Shown here one piece after another: positions 48,374-58,358 of a stretch of 64,000 nt of DNA. The notes under the pieces are model-generated. The model did no database searches and had not been told where the DNA came from. It was given only the letters and a program-made list of their open reading frames with translations. The DNA is from a virus. Every line of letters begins with the position of its first letter. Within the stretch, counting starts at the first letter, position 1. The stretch lies in the IMG/VR virus record IMGVR_UViG_3300013102_000002, positions 1 to 64,000 of that record; one strand, written 5' to 3'. The translations under genes and the position numbers were made by a program.

Positions 48374-50071
48374 TTAATCTACTTCTTTTTTAATAATGAT
48401 GTCTGCATATGATTTGTCCGAGACTGTCTTGGTCTGAGAATTGTCAACAATAGAATAGCGAATCGGTTTTTCTGCTTCTTCAGTTTTGCTGAAGTTTTGA
48501 GTAGGAACTTTTCTAGTTTTTCTACCAAGAATCACACAAAGTTTATCTTCAATTTCTTGAAGTGAAAAATTAGCGCTATCTTCCTTAACTATTGAAATCT
48601 CTTCTTCAGTTAAAGACGTAGAGAAAGATTCGAATAATTCTGCTTCTGCCTTTTCGCGTTCGATTTGAGTCTTCTTAGCCAATTCTCCATCTGTTGCTTG
48701 AAACTTCAGTTCCAGATCAGAATACTTAGCCTGTAGATTTTCAATGTTTATATTCAATTCTGCGATAGTTCTCTGTTTATCTTCTTCGAATTTCTTGGTG
48801 AGCTGCTTTTCTTTTGCATTAATCATGAAATCTGATTTTGATTTTGAAATTCCATCTAGAGCAGAATACATGCTATCAATATCTTCATTCATATCCATTG
48901 CCATTGGTACAAAATCGGACTTATATCTAACAATGGAAGAGGTATTGATTTCTACAGCATCACCCACCATAGTAAATGGAGCACCAACCATATAACACTC
49001 TTTACAATCCCAAGCAATAACAATATTTTCTACGGTCTTATTATCAATATAGGAATATCTAGGGTATGTATAAACTTCATCCCAATATACTTCTGTTAGG
49101 GTTTCGATTTCACACAGTTTTCTGTAAAGTTCGTTCTCTAATTGCTCAGATGTTAAAGAAAAATCTTCTTTGTTATTGATATCATTATCCTTCTCAAACA
49201 TTTCCTGAATTTTTGCTTCTAGGTCTTCAATAGAGAATTCAGAATAAACAATTTCTTTTATAATAAGATCTGCCTCAGTTAAACTATATTTTTGCAATAG
49301 TGATAAAATATCTTCTGGCACTTTCCTAAAACCTCCTTCTTTTAAATCTTCTGCAACATTACTTTCTAAATGTTGCATGTTTTTCAGCGAAAAATTAAGT
49401 TGTTTTAACATCTCAAAGAATGAATCTTCGAATGAAGATGTAGAATATTGTTCTAATTGAGCCATTGGAAAACAAGGGGTAACAGTGCTTCCTAATGCAG
49501 CAACGGCTTCAAATGTAAATGAATTTATTTTATAGCAACCAGCATCCTTGGAGTATCCACCCTTAATATTGTTGATCTCCATTGAAACCTTTGGCTCTAT
49601 TCCTTTACTCATCCATTCTTGAATTTTCTGTGTAGCTTCATATCTTTTCCATAAAAAAACGTTATCAACAACGACATAGGTTTTAATATCTGGAGATTTT
49701 TCCGATCCTTCGTTTACTTCTTCAAAAGAAACATTCGCATCAGAACCAATAACTCCAATAGGATAAGTGTCATTCTTGATTGTTAGGTTTCCATCTTTGT
49801 CGGTTGTTAAATATGGATTGTGTCCTTCTAAATCACCATCTGAACCGTAGATGTCTTCATCTTCTGTATATTTAGCAACAATAGGTTTATTAAAGATGGT
49901 AGGTTTAGCAATTTCAAATGCTTCTTTTGTAATGCTAGAACCATTCCGATTGTCTCCAAAGGCAAATACTTTCATTTTAACCTGAAGAAACGAGTCATCA
50001 AAGTTCTTGATATTTTCAAAACTTGCCTTCAAAGAAAGTTTTTTTTCGTCTATCAGTTTACTCACCTCCAA
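48374..50071 (-). CDS. Prohead protease/scaffold (YonD-like)
   Basis: NRNGS, KPIVA, LWKRY, VSMEI, LG....PCF; acidic coiled C-terminus; true start possibly CTG 50056. Confidence 0.75.
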   Translation of the reverse strand: MEVSKLIDEKKLSLKASFENIKNFDDSFLQVKMKVFAFGDNRNGSSITKEAFEIAKPTIFNKPIVAKYTEDEDIYGSDGDLEGHNPYLTTDKDGNLTIKNDTYPIGVIGSDANVSFEEVNEGSEKSPDIKTYVVVDNVFLWKRYEATQKIQEWMSKGIEPKVSMEINNIKGGYSKDAGCYKINSFTFEAVAALGSTVTPCFPMAQLEQYSTSSFEDSFFEMLKQLNFSLKNMQHLESNVAEDLKEGGFRKVPEDILSLLQKYSLTEADLIIKEIVYSEFSIEDLEAKIQEMFEKDNDINNKEDFSLTSEQLENELYRKLCEIETLTEVYWDEVYTYPRYSYIDNKTVENIVIAWDCKECYMVGAPFTMVGDAVEINTSSIVRYKSDFVPMAMDMNEDIDSMYSALDGISKSKSDFMINAKEKQLTKKFEEDKQRTIAELNINIENLQAKYSDLELKFQATDGELAKKTQIEREKAEAELFESFSTSLTEEEISIVKEDSANFSLQEIEDKLCVILGRKTRKVPTQNFSKTEEAEKPIRYSIVDNSQTKTVSDKSYADIIIKKEVD

Positions 50072-50092
50072 TCAAGACGATATAAAATGCTG

Positions 50093-51613
50093 CTACTTTC
50101 TCGTTTCAGGATTATTGCTATCATTTTCAATAGTTTTTTCTCCTGCTTCAGATAAAGGTTTCTTACTCTTTGGTCTTCCGTTTTCATCTCCTGCAATAGT
50201 ATGAGCAGACTGTAAAGGAATCCACTTTTCTTGAAGATTTAGTATCTCATTTTCCAAGAATGCATTTGCATATCCACTAGAAGCTTTTCCGCCAAGTGCT
50301 GCGTTAATAACCATTTTATTAGGTATCCCACTATTTGCAGCGGCGGACTGAGAAGTTATAAATTCATCTATATTAAACACAGATGTTTTTAACATTCTGA
50401 CTCTAAAATTTGAGTAAGCAGGGAATTGACCAAGATATTTATTGATCCATCTTTCTATTTGGTTCAGCATCAAAAAAGCCTTTGCTTCATCTGCTTGCAG
50501 CGCCTTAGATAATGAGGCAGATGTGGATTTGTCGTTACTGCTGAATAGTAACTGAGACACCCCCGCATCAGACCAGTATTGAGCGGTTGCCTCACTTACC
50601 TTATTTCTATCAATGGAGTCTTTTTCAAATGTAATATCCGAAACGTCCATTGGAGATGTGATAATAGCAACTTGTTTTGGTAGGTTTGATTGAATATTTT
50701 CATGAAATTGAGCCGCAACATCTGCTGTAATAAGAAACTTATTTTCTTCACTATTCTTATCGTCAATAGGTATTTTTTGAAATAGTAATTTAGAGTTTCC
50801 CAATTCGGCTTCAGCCTTTTCCAGCGCTTTGAAATCAGCAATATTCAATGCTGCCTCAAATGTTCCAACAAAGGGGGGAAGGAAGTTCCAATTCGTTTCA
50901 TCATGCTTTATACATATAACATTGGTTGGTTCCAGTTCATACCAAAAGAAAGAGCTTCTTCTTTTAATATCACCTTTTACTCTGTCGTAAGCATCTCTAA
51001 ATTCTTGAGGATACATTCTCAATCTCTCTGGATACACAAAGAAATAAGTTAAATTAAAACTCAAGAAGTACAAACCATCTTCAACATATGTAATTTTTGT
51101 ATAATCATTATCAAGTTGTTGAAAGAAAAAACTTTCTTTGTTTTGGTGAACATATCCACAATAAACACCTTCGCGCCAAACAACTTGTAAAACTTTTGAA
51201 AACTCATGTTTAATATTCATCAACTCAACTTGATTGACGGTATTATAGTATTGATTCTCAAATGATTTTTTATTAACCTTTTTTGGGTTGAAATTTTTAG
51301 GCTCAACTATATGGTCTAAAGTTGTGAGCGAAGAGAAATGATCACAGGAAAGTCTATATTGAGAAGAAACGTTATATAAATATTTACTTATTCTTCTGAG
51401 TTGCTTTTGATTAGCATCAATCTCTGGTGCTTGCAAATATTTACGCAAATCTTCTCTCTTAAATGTTCCAATTAATTGCTCTTTTAAGCGATACGGATAA
51501 GTCTCTAAGTTAATTAATTCTAACTTTTGAAAGTGAGCATGAAGTTTTTTAGCATATTGTTCTTTTAATTCTTCTTCCGTATACTCTGGAGAAGATTTAT
51601 TTTCATTAACCAT
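50093..51613 (-). CDS. Portal protein (YonE-like)
   Basis: LR..S.YLY; AGVSQLLF; PLQSAHT...GRP; between terminase and protease. Confidence 0.85.
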   Translation of the reverse strand: MVNENKSSPEYTEEELKEQYAKKLHAHFQKLELINLETYPYRLKEQLIGTFKREDLRKYLQAPEIDANQKQLRRISKYLYNVSSQYRLSCDHFSSLTTLDHIVEPKNFNPKKVNKKSFENQYYNTVNQVELMNIKHEFSKVLQVVWREGVYCGYVHQNKESFFFQQLDNDYTKITYVEDGLYFLSFNLTYFFVYPERLRMYPQEFRDAYDRVKGDIKRRSSFFWYELEPTNVICIKHDETNWNFLPPFVGTFEAALNIADFKALEKAEAELGNSKLLFQKIPIDDKNSEENKFLITADVAAQFHENIQSNLPKQVAIITSPMDVSDITFEKDSIDRNKVSEATAQYWSDAGVSQLLFSSNDKSTSASLSKALQADEAKAFLMLNQIERWINKYLGQFPAYSNFRVRMLKTSVFNIDEFITSQSAAANSGIPNKMVINAALGGKASSGYANAFLENEILNLQEKWIPLQSAHTIAGDENGRPKSKKPLSEAGEKTIENDSNNPETRK

Positions 51614-51665
51614 TTATTCACCTCCAATGCTTATATGGTTTGAGGGGAGAGGATGGAGCAGGGGA

Positions 51666-53498
51666 TTAATAAACTGTTGCCTTGCGCATAAAGAAGAAAT
51701 CCATAGGATTAGATGTGGTTCGTTTCTTCTTAGTAATGCTTTCTCTTCTCAGTTCATAAAGGAAATGAGCAAGGAGTAGCAGCGTATAGAATCTATCGTC
51801 ACCAATCTTATTCTCTTTATCTTTTGGTAAATCATAAGAGACATTATTATTTCCCGATTTAAATCTATGAATGCTAACGGTCTCTTCCTTCATAAGATCA
51901 ATATTGATAAGAGCTATTTCTTCTTCCATTGTCAGATGACGCTCTTTAATATTTCTTTCCTTGTCATCATCAATAATAAGATTGGCGTATCCTTTGCCGT
52001 CATACTCTTTAGTAAATTTAATTAGATCGAGTTCCATTAGTTCTTTTAGTTGTTCGACCATCTGCACCTTATATTTTTTAGGAGAAATCAGCCGCAACTT
52101 ATTTACTGCCGTGGGATATCTAGAAGAAACATTCTTATATTCATCATGTGAAGAATCAATTAACCCTTTGTGTTTAACTCCTTTGGAATCAGTCCATTCG
52201 TCCAACAAATTATCGGCGAATGCGTTAATCCCGCCACCACCAGCACCAGAGTCAAAAAGAACGCCTAAAATATTCTCATAGTCTGGAGCCTTCCCGTTAT
52301 AGTTCAACAGCATTTCCTTAAAATAAGCTATTTGATCTGGTGTCATCATTGGAGTACGTTTTTTCTTAGACAAATCAGAAAAACTAACACTATTTACAAT
52401 CTCACCGTAGTATCCAATATTTGGGTCTTCAACAATCCTCATTACAGAACAAATCGAATTATCATAACTTCTTGCGGGGTCAAACGCAAAAATAAACTTA
52501 TCACCTGTATTATCATTAGACATGATTGGTAATTGATTAATAGAGTTTCGAGTAATTATACCTCTCTTAATAACCTGAGCTTCGCCACCATCGGTTGTAA
52601 AGCGGTTATAATACTCTCTAAGGGCTTTTTCTCGATTGGTCTTCATTGCATTGTCAACTTGCTCTTTCTTAAGCAGAGGAGGATGTTTTTCTCCATCCAT
52701 CAGAGGATCTAGAGGAATGTCACAGGGGATATCTGCAACAAAATATCTGTCATCGCCCATAATCATCTTTTTGGAAAATTCCCTGTATCTTTTGAAGAAG
52801 ATGGTATCGACATCGCTTGCAGAGGAAGCGTAGATTAGCTGAGTAGGATTCTTTTTTCTTTGTGAATCTAGATTAAAACCAGAGTCAGTAGAGGTTGCAA
52901 AGTTACTATCTTGGGTTGCAAATGCTTCAGAGATCATAACAATTTCATCACTTGAAAATCCTGCTTCATCAAAAAATACTGCCGTAGCACGTTTTGAACG
53001 GTTATTGTCGGGGTTCCCGTTAAGTGTGAATATCTCACTGCCATTATAAGAAAGAGTATGAAAGCTTGCCGGATTATGTGTGAATCCGTCCTGGTTAGCA
53101 GGGCTAGTTACGACTTCATTTCTAAAAATATCTTTAAGTGATTTCGTTGATTCAATTCTTTGTTTTGCTATTTTCTCGATCTTCAAAAATGTTTCTTGTG
53201 ATTGGCTACCAACGCTTGAAATTATGTATATTTGCTGATTCTCAAATAAGAGAAATTTTAATATCATAAATATTGCACCAATGAAACTTTTCCCGAAATT
53301 CCGCGAACAGCACCATACTACATATGGTTTAGTCCATGATTCATTCAAAACATATTTTTGAGAGTCCAGTAACTTAATCCCAAGTATTTGCTCACAAGCG
53401 ATAACAGGATTTCTTCTCCAAAACTTTATAATCTCTGCATTTTTTTCATAAAGTTCGATTTTTCTATGAGATAATAACTCTTTTGATCGTTTACGCAT
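51666..53498 (-). CDS. Terminase large subunit (YonF-like)
   Basis: SRNFGKS Walker A, FDEAG Walker B, FDPARSYDNS, DDRFYT. Confidence 0.92.
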   Translation of the reverse strand: MRKRSKELLSHRKIELYEKNAEIIKFWRRNPVIACEQILGIKLLDSQKYVLNESWTKPYVVWCCSRNFGKSFIGAIFMILKFLLFENQQIYIISSVGSQSQETFLKIEKIAKQRIESTKSLKDIFRNEVVTSPANQDGFTHNPASFHTLSYNGSEIFTLNGNPDNNRSKRATAVFFDEAGFSSDEIVMISEAFATQDSNFATSTDSGFNLDSQRKKNPTQLIYASSASDVDTIFFKRYREFSKKMIMGDDRYFVADIPCDIPLDPLMDGEKHPPLLKKEQVDNAMKTNREKALREYYNRFTTDGGEAQVIKRGIITRNSINQLPIMSNDNTGDKFIFAFDPARSYDNSICSVMRIVEDPNIGYYGEIVNSVSFSDLSKKKRTPMMTPDQIAYFKEMLLNYNGKAPDYENILGVLFDSGAGGGGINAFADNLLDEWTDSKGVKHKGLIDSSHDEYKNVSSRYPTAVNKLRLISPKKYKVQMVEQLKELMELDLIKFTKEYDGKGYANLIIDDDKERNIKERHLTMEEEIALINIDLMKEETVSIHRFKSGNNNVSYDLPKDKENKIGDDRFYTLLLLAHFLYELRRESITKKKRTTSNPMDFFFMRKATVY

Positions 53499-54651
53499 TG
53501 GTTTCACCGCTAGTCTTTAAATCAAGTATCTGTTTATTTGCCAAACGTAATCTCTCTTCAAGTTCCTCTTTTGATCTTTGCAGTTCGATTATTAAGTCCC
53601 GTTGGTCTTTAAACATATCCTCAATATCTTTTTCATCAAAATTCAACTGGCTAATTATTGCTCTAGAACTAATGTCTGCTGTCATTTTCATACCATAAGC
53701 TTTTTTCATGTCGTAATAATCTTCTTCGGCATCTTCAAATCCTAATTCTCGCAGATCTTTCATAAGATAGCCGAGAGTACTACGACCTGCCTTTTTATCA
53801 CCACGATGTTTAATGGCTATGGCGTTTTCTTTAGCTAATTTATCGTTATTATCTGTAATTTGTTTTTTAATAGCGGTAAGATTTTTTATTTCTGCGCTAT
53901 TCTTCAATAAACTCTCAAAATCAGAACTCAATTTATTAATCAACAAATCCATTTTTCGTATCTGACTATTGTTATTTATTAATTGAATAATGATTGATAT
54001 TTTATGTTGGTCTTCGAGAGTATCTTCGTCTAGATATGGAATTATTTCTGCATACATAAACTTTCTGTCTAGCGCCAAATATCCATCAAATGGATCATAA
54101 CCAAGCAATCTATGACAATCCTTCTGGGACTGAATGTCTTCTGACGTAAGAACAATATCTTCATCGTCATATTTATTTTGTGATTCACTAATAGGCTTAG
54201 AGCCTTCTTTTTTTTCATTGTCGGATGGAGAATTGGCTTCTTGGTGCAACATGCTATCCTTATCCGTAATGATATCGCTATCTTTATGAGAAAGTTCTTT
54301 AGTATGAGGCATGGAGATATTTTTCATATACACACCTAGAAAATCCATATCTCGTCTTTCAGATTCTTCGGCAGATATTAACCATAATTCATGAATATAA
54401 GGTCGATTTATTTCTGCCAGTAATCCATTGACCGCAGAGATGTAGTTTAAATCTTTTGGGTTTGCCAGGGGCAGGTTTTTGGTAAGGCATTCTTTACAAA
54501 CTGGATATTTACCATCATCATAGAGTGTACTATTGGTATGGTAGAAACCAGTTTTAATGTTATGTTCTTTTTTGCATGAAATACAGACTCTATACAATAA
54601 AGGATTTTTAGATCTTTTTTTTCTAACTGGTTTTTCTGATTTAATTACCAT
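53491..54651 (-). CDS. Zn-finger protein upstream of terminase (YonG-like; candidate small terminase)
   Basis: CISC..FY...PVCKEC; overlaps terL. Confidence 0.6.
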   Translation of the reverse strand: MVIKSEKPVRKKRSKNPLLYRVCISCKKEHNIKTGFYHTNSTLYDDGKYPVCKECLTKNLPLANPKDLNYISAVNGLLAEINRPYIHELWLISAEESERRDMDFLGVYMKNISMPHTKELSHKDSDIITDKDSMLHQEANSPSDNEKKEGSKPISESQNKYDDEDIVLTSEDIQSQKDCHRLLGYDPFDGYLALDRKFMYAEIIPYLDEDTLEDQHKISIIIQLINNNSQIRKMDLLINKLSSDFESLLKNSAEIKNLTAIKKQITDNNDKLAKENAIAIKHRGDKKAGRSTLGYLMKDLRELGFEDAEEDYYDMKKAYGMKMTADISSRAIISQLNFDEKDIEDMFKDQRDLIIELQRSKEELEERLRLANKQILDLKTSGETNA

Positions 54652-54895
54652 ATAGTCCTCCCCTAGACGATAAAAGCATCCGTCCATAATTTAATTTGAT
54701 GAAACTCCCATTTCACAACACTTTCACTCCACTTACCGACAACAAAATAAAAAACTTAAATGAGGATAGCGGGGGAGTGTCCACTGTTTAATGCAAACCC
54801 TTGTAGCAGGGGCATCCTCATTTAAAAAAATAAAGACAACAAAAAGGGCGATTCTATATTAGCAATCGTCCAAGGAGTTCTTCTTATTTTTTACA

Positions 54896-55288
54896 TTAAA
54901 TCAATTCATCGTCTTCTCCGTCACCATCAACAAGTTCGATCTCGAATGTGTACCCGTCATTCATAGCATCAATATCCATTTGTAGCATATCAACTTCCAT
55001 AGTCAATTTATCTAGTCTCTCGGCAAGCGCTCCATGACTAGAGGCATGACCCCAAAGTTTCATTAATTCAAACTTCAACTCATCTTTAGTTTTTGCTTTG
55101 CACAATACTTCAACATAATTATCCAGAATTAGATTGAGATTAATTTTCATATTCGGAACAATAATTACATTCGTATCTGTGGCAATGTCCTCATCAGACA
55201 GAAAAGTAGAAGGGAGGTCTCGCGGATCTCCATCGGGCTCTCCTTGCATATACTCATCGTAGTCTATTATAAACGCCTCCCTTAGCAA
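54896..55288 (-). CDS. Acidic hypothetical protein
   Basis: 130-aa ORF in operon; start uncertain. Confidence 0.6.
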   Translation of the reverse strand: MLREAFIIDYDEYMQGEPDGDPRDLPSTFLSDEDIATDTNVIIVPNMKINLNLILDNYVEVLCKAKTKDELKFELMKLWGHASSHGALAERLDKLTMEVDMLQMDIDAMNDGYTFEIELVDGDGEDDELI

Positions 55289-55360
55289 GATGGATAATTG
55301 ACTATGTATAATTAGTGTATAGAATGTATAAAAACATAGATTATATATGTATATTTATTA

Positions 55361-56575
55361 CTATAATTTAATATTATAAGTTACAGTTCTTCCCTTGTCT
55401 TCCTCGATAATCATAATCTTTGCTCCAGCGTTGGAAGTCTTCTTTAGCTTCAGAGAGTAGTCATCGATTCCGATAATCGCATCTGTTTGAATATACTCAA
55501 CATTACGTCCGCCATTCATTGCAATTGTTTTTTCGTGAGAATGATGCAAATGTCCACTCAGAAGGATGTGAACGGGCTTGTTGTAGGTAAGCATATAATC
55601 CTTAATACTGTTCTCAAGATTACGTTCATTCTCTCCATGAACACAAAGGGTTTTAGTTCCTAAAATATCCAGATACGCAAATTCACTGCAATTCGTCACA
55701 GTAATATTTTTATTGTTTCTTAAGTTGGCCTCAATCAGTTTAGTGATCCATTTCTGAGCATTCTCATGTGGGAATTCATCGCGTTTACCCGACAACATTC
55801 TCATTTGATCATGATTTCCGAAGATAGAGTAGTAGTCTACCAAACAATATTTGCTTAACTCATTCAACCAGTGGCTCATAAATTCAGCAAAATGAATAGC
55901 AGAATCCGTAACTCCCAACTTCAAACTCATTAACTGACTCATACGAAGAATACCATCTACACTGTCGCCAAGATTAGGGAGAACAACATGATTAATCTTC
56001 TGATCATCATTAATAACAATGAATTCTTCAAGCAATTTCCACATACGCTTCTCAAGAATCTCAGGGCTATACTCATTAAGAATCTCATTTTCCCATCCAC
56101 GTAACTGGAATTCAACACCATCATGCATGTCTGCAATAGGGAAGAGGAAGTCACGCTTGGTATTATTATTCTTAATATAGATATCTGGAACAATAATTGT
56201 TGGTCTATTATTCACAGACTCAATAATCTTTTCCTCAAGCAACTCAGCTCTGGACTGTTCACGAATCATTTTATTGTATTCAATCTTTTCAGACTGAAGC
56301 TTAATACGCTCTTTTTGCTGCTCAATTGTTGCATCACGTACTTCTTGAACAACTTCATTGTTTGCATACTTAGAAAGAATAATTGGTTTCCATTCGAGAT
56401 AACTATTATAACGTTTACGCCATCTAGATTCAGAGTATTCTTCTTCGCATTCTTCATTTAGGAGTTTTGCTGCTTGAGTCCAGGTTATATCGTAGGTAAT
56501 TAGATTCTCGCCTAAGCGCAACAAAAAATCGTCAATACTTTCTGACGATTCTCGTTTAATATTTAAAGGAGTCAT
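55361..56575 (-). CDS. Calcineurin-like metallophosphoesterase (YonJ-like)
   Basis: DMH, LGDSVDG, GNHD, HG, GHLHH. Confidence 0.85.
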   Translation of the reverse strand: MTPLNIKRESSESIDDFLLRLGENLITYDITWTQAAKLLNEECEEEYSESRWRKRYNSYLEWKPIILSKYANNEVVQEVRDATIEQQKERIKLQSEKIEYNKMIREQSRAELLEEKIIESVNNRPTIIVPDIYIKNNNTKRDFLFPIADMHDGVEFQLRGWENEILNEYSPEILEKRMWKLLEEFIVINDDQKINHVVLPNLGDSVDGILRMSQLMSLKLGVTDSAIHFAEFMSHWLNELSKYCLVDYYSIFGNHDQMRMLSGKRDEFPHENAQKWITKLIEANLRNNKNITVTNCSEFAYLDILGTKTLCVHGENERNLENSIKDYMLTYNKPVHILLSGHLHHSHEKTIAMNGGRNVEYIQTDAIIGIDDYSLKLKKTSNAGAKIMIIEEDKGRTVTYNIKL

Positions 56576-56586
56576 TCAATCACTCC

Positions 56587-56781
56587 TTATTCTTCTACTT
56601 GATGACTAGGCTCGAAATCTGAAGCTACAGTAATAGAAATGTTGCTACCATCAAAATCTTGAAGGAGAGACTTAAGATCAAAAATGTAAATCCCGTTTTT
56701 ATCTTCAGCAGTTACTGTCATTTTGTCCATTTCAAATAGACCAGTACGATTAACTGTTTTACTGTCCTTATTTTTAGCCAT
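56587..56781 (-). CDS. YonK-like small protein
   Basis: MAK....V...G....TVT.EDK...FDL..LL.DFDG..ISIT. Confidence 0.75.
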   Translation of the reverse strand: MAKNKDSKTVNRTGLFEMDKMTVTAEDKNGIYIFDLKSLLQDFDGSNISITVASDFEPSHQVEE

Positions 56782-56813
56782 ATTTTTTACTCCCCAATAT
56801 GTATTTTTATTGA

Positions 56814-58127
56814 TTACAGCAAATCTGCACAAATCTGAGCAATATCAGAACGTTCGCCTCTTGAAAGAGTGATGTGTCCAACCAATTTCTGATTCTTCAT
56901 GGTTTCAATAAAATGAGTTAGTCCATTTGAGTACATATCGAGATATGTATTATCGATTTGCTCTGGATCACCAACCATGACCAATTTTGCTCCAGATGCA
57001 AGTCGAGTGGCGATAGTTTTTACCTCTAGCTTAGAAAGATTCTGTGCTTCATCCATGATCATAAACTGCATAGGAATGCTTCTTCCACGAATGTAGGTCA
57101 ATGGTTCAACCTTGATAATATCTTCATACCCTTCAAGGGTTTTATTTAATTCGGTATCACTTTTACAATCAAACAAAAATTCAAGATTATCGTAGATTGG
57201 TTGCATCCATGGTCTCATTTTTTGTTCGATTTCTCCTGGTAAATAACCAAGATCTTTACCCATGGGTACGATAGGACGGCCTACCAATACCTTACGATAT
57301 TTTTGTTCGTCCATTGTTTTTTGTAGTCCAGCAGCCAATGCTAAGAGGGTTTTACCTGTTCCTGCTTTACCTGATAGTGTAACAATTTTAACATCGTCAT
57401 CAAGTAATAATTCCAGAGCCATCATTTGTTGTACATTACGATGGGTAGTGGTTCCGAATACAGGGTCTCCGGTATAATGGTAGAATGGAACAATATCACC
57501 GTTTTTCTTTCGGCAAACTGCACTCTTACTAACATTTATATTTGACTTCAAAATAAACATATGATTTTCGGGATAACTATCGAACATTTCCATGTTCAAG
57601 TATTTGTTCTTATAGAAGAAGTCGATAATATCATCATCAACGCTTAATTCATCGTATCCCTTGTATAGTTCACTTTCATTAGTAGCAACTTTGTCATTTT
57701 GGTAGTCCTCAGAGTTAACAGAAACAGTATCCGCTTTGATACGAACCAATACATCTTTTGATAGTAAGATTACTTCAGTATCTGGACTTGCAATTGTTAA
57801 GTCATAAGCAACCGATATAATAGCATCGTCATTATTACATTCAATGAATTTATTAAAAACAGGAGACTCTGGATTATGAGTTATAATCTTGATTGTGCCG
57901 CCATTGTTTAACTTTACTCCAAGGTGCAACTTTCCATCTTCTCGAATACGATCCAATTCTCTCGCTACATTTCTAGCGTTGTATCCAACCTCGTCCATTT
58001 GTTTCTTCTTTGAGTCCAATTCACTTAAACAAACAGCAGGAATAACTACCTCGTTATCTCCAAAGGAATAGATAGCGTGTGGATCGCTTAATAGGATATT
58101 TGTATCGAGAACATAAGTCTTTTTCAT
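56814..58127 (-). CDS. phoH: PIN-PhoH (PhoH2/YlaK-like) ATPase/ribonuclease
   Basis: YVLDTN PIN domain; GKAGTGKT; LGYLPG; RGRS; DEAQN; GDPEQID. Confidence 0.92.
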   Translation of the reverse strand: MKKTYVLDTNILLSDPHAIYSFGDNEVVIPAVCLSELDSKKKQMDEVGYNARNVARELDRIREDGKLHLGVKLNNGGTIKIITHNPESPVFNKFIECNNDDAIISVAYDLTIASPDTEVILLSKDVLVRIKADTVSVNSEDYQNDKVATNESELYKGYDELSVDDDIIDFFYKNKYLNMEMFDSYPENHMFILKSNINVSKSAVCRKKNGDIVPFYHYTGDPVFGTTTHRNVQQMMALELLLDDDVKIVTLSGKAGTGKTLLALAAGLQKTMDEQKYRKVLVGRPIVPMGKDLGYLPGEIEQKMRPWMQPIYDNLEFLFDCKSDTELNKTLEGYEDIIKVEPLTYIRGRSIPMQFMIMDEAQNLSKLEVKTIATRLASGAKLVMVGDPEQIDNTYLDMYSNGLTHFIETMKNQKLVGHITLSRGERSDIAQICADLL

Positions 58128-58358
58128 AGGCGTTACCTCGTTGGGTAGGATGGAGGGGAGGTTAATCCCCTCATGTTTGTTGCGGGTTTTCTCCTATATG
58201 GAGGATGATATATGATTCTTGCGCCCCTTACCGGGGATATTGTTGCACTTCATCCAGATAAAAACTCATTTCCGTGTCTTATTTAACTCCCCACGGCGTG
58301 GAATCGAACTCTGGTATCCGATATGTATAATAAAACTATTGTTTTATATGAATATTTA

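Noticed and set aside
58270-58330. Complete tRNA gene
   Set aside because: Only a GTTCGATTC-like loop and 3' strand; T-stem, anticodon and D arms cannot be formed
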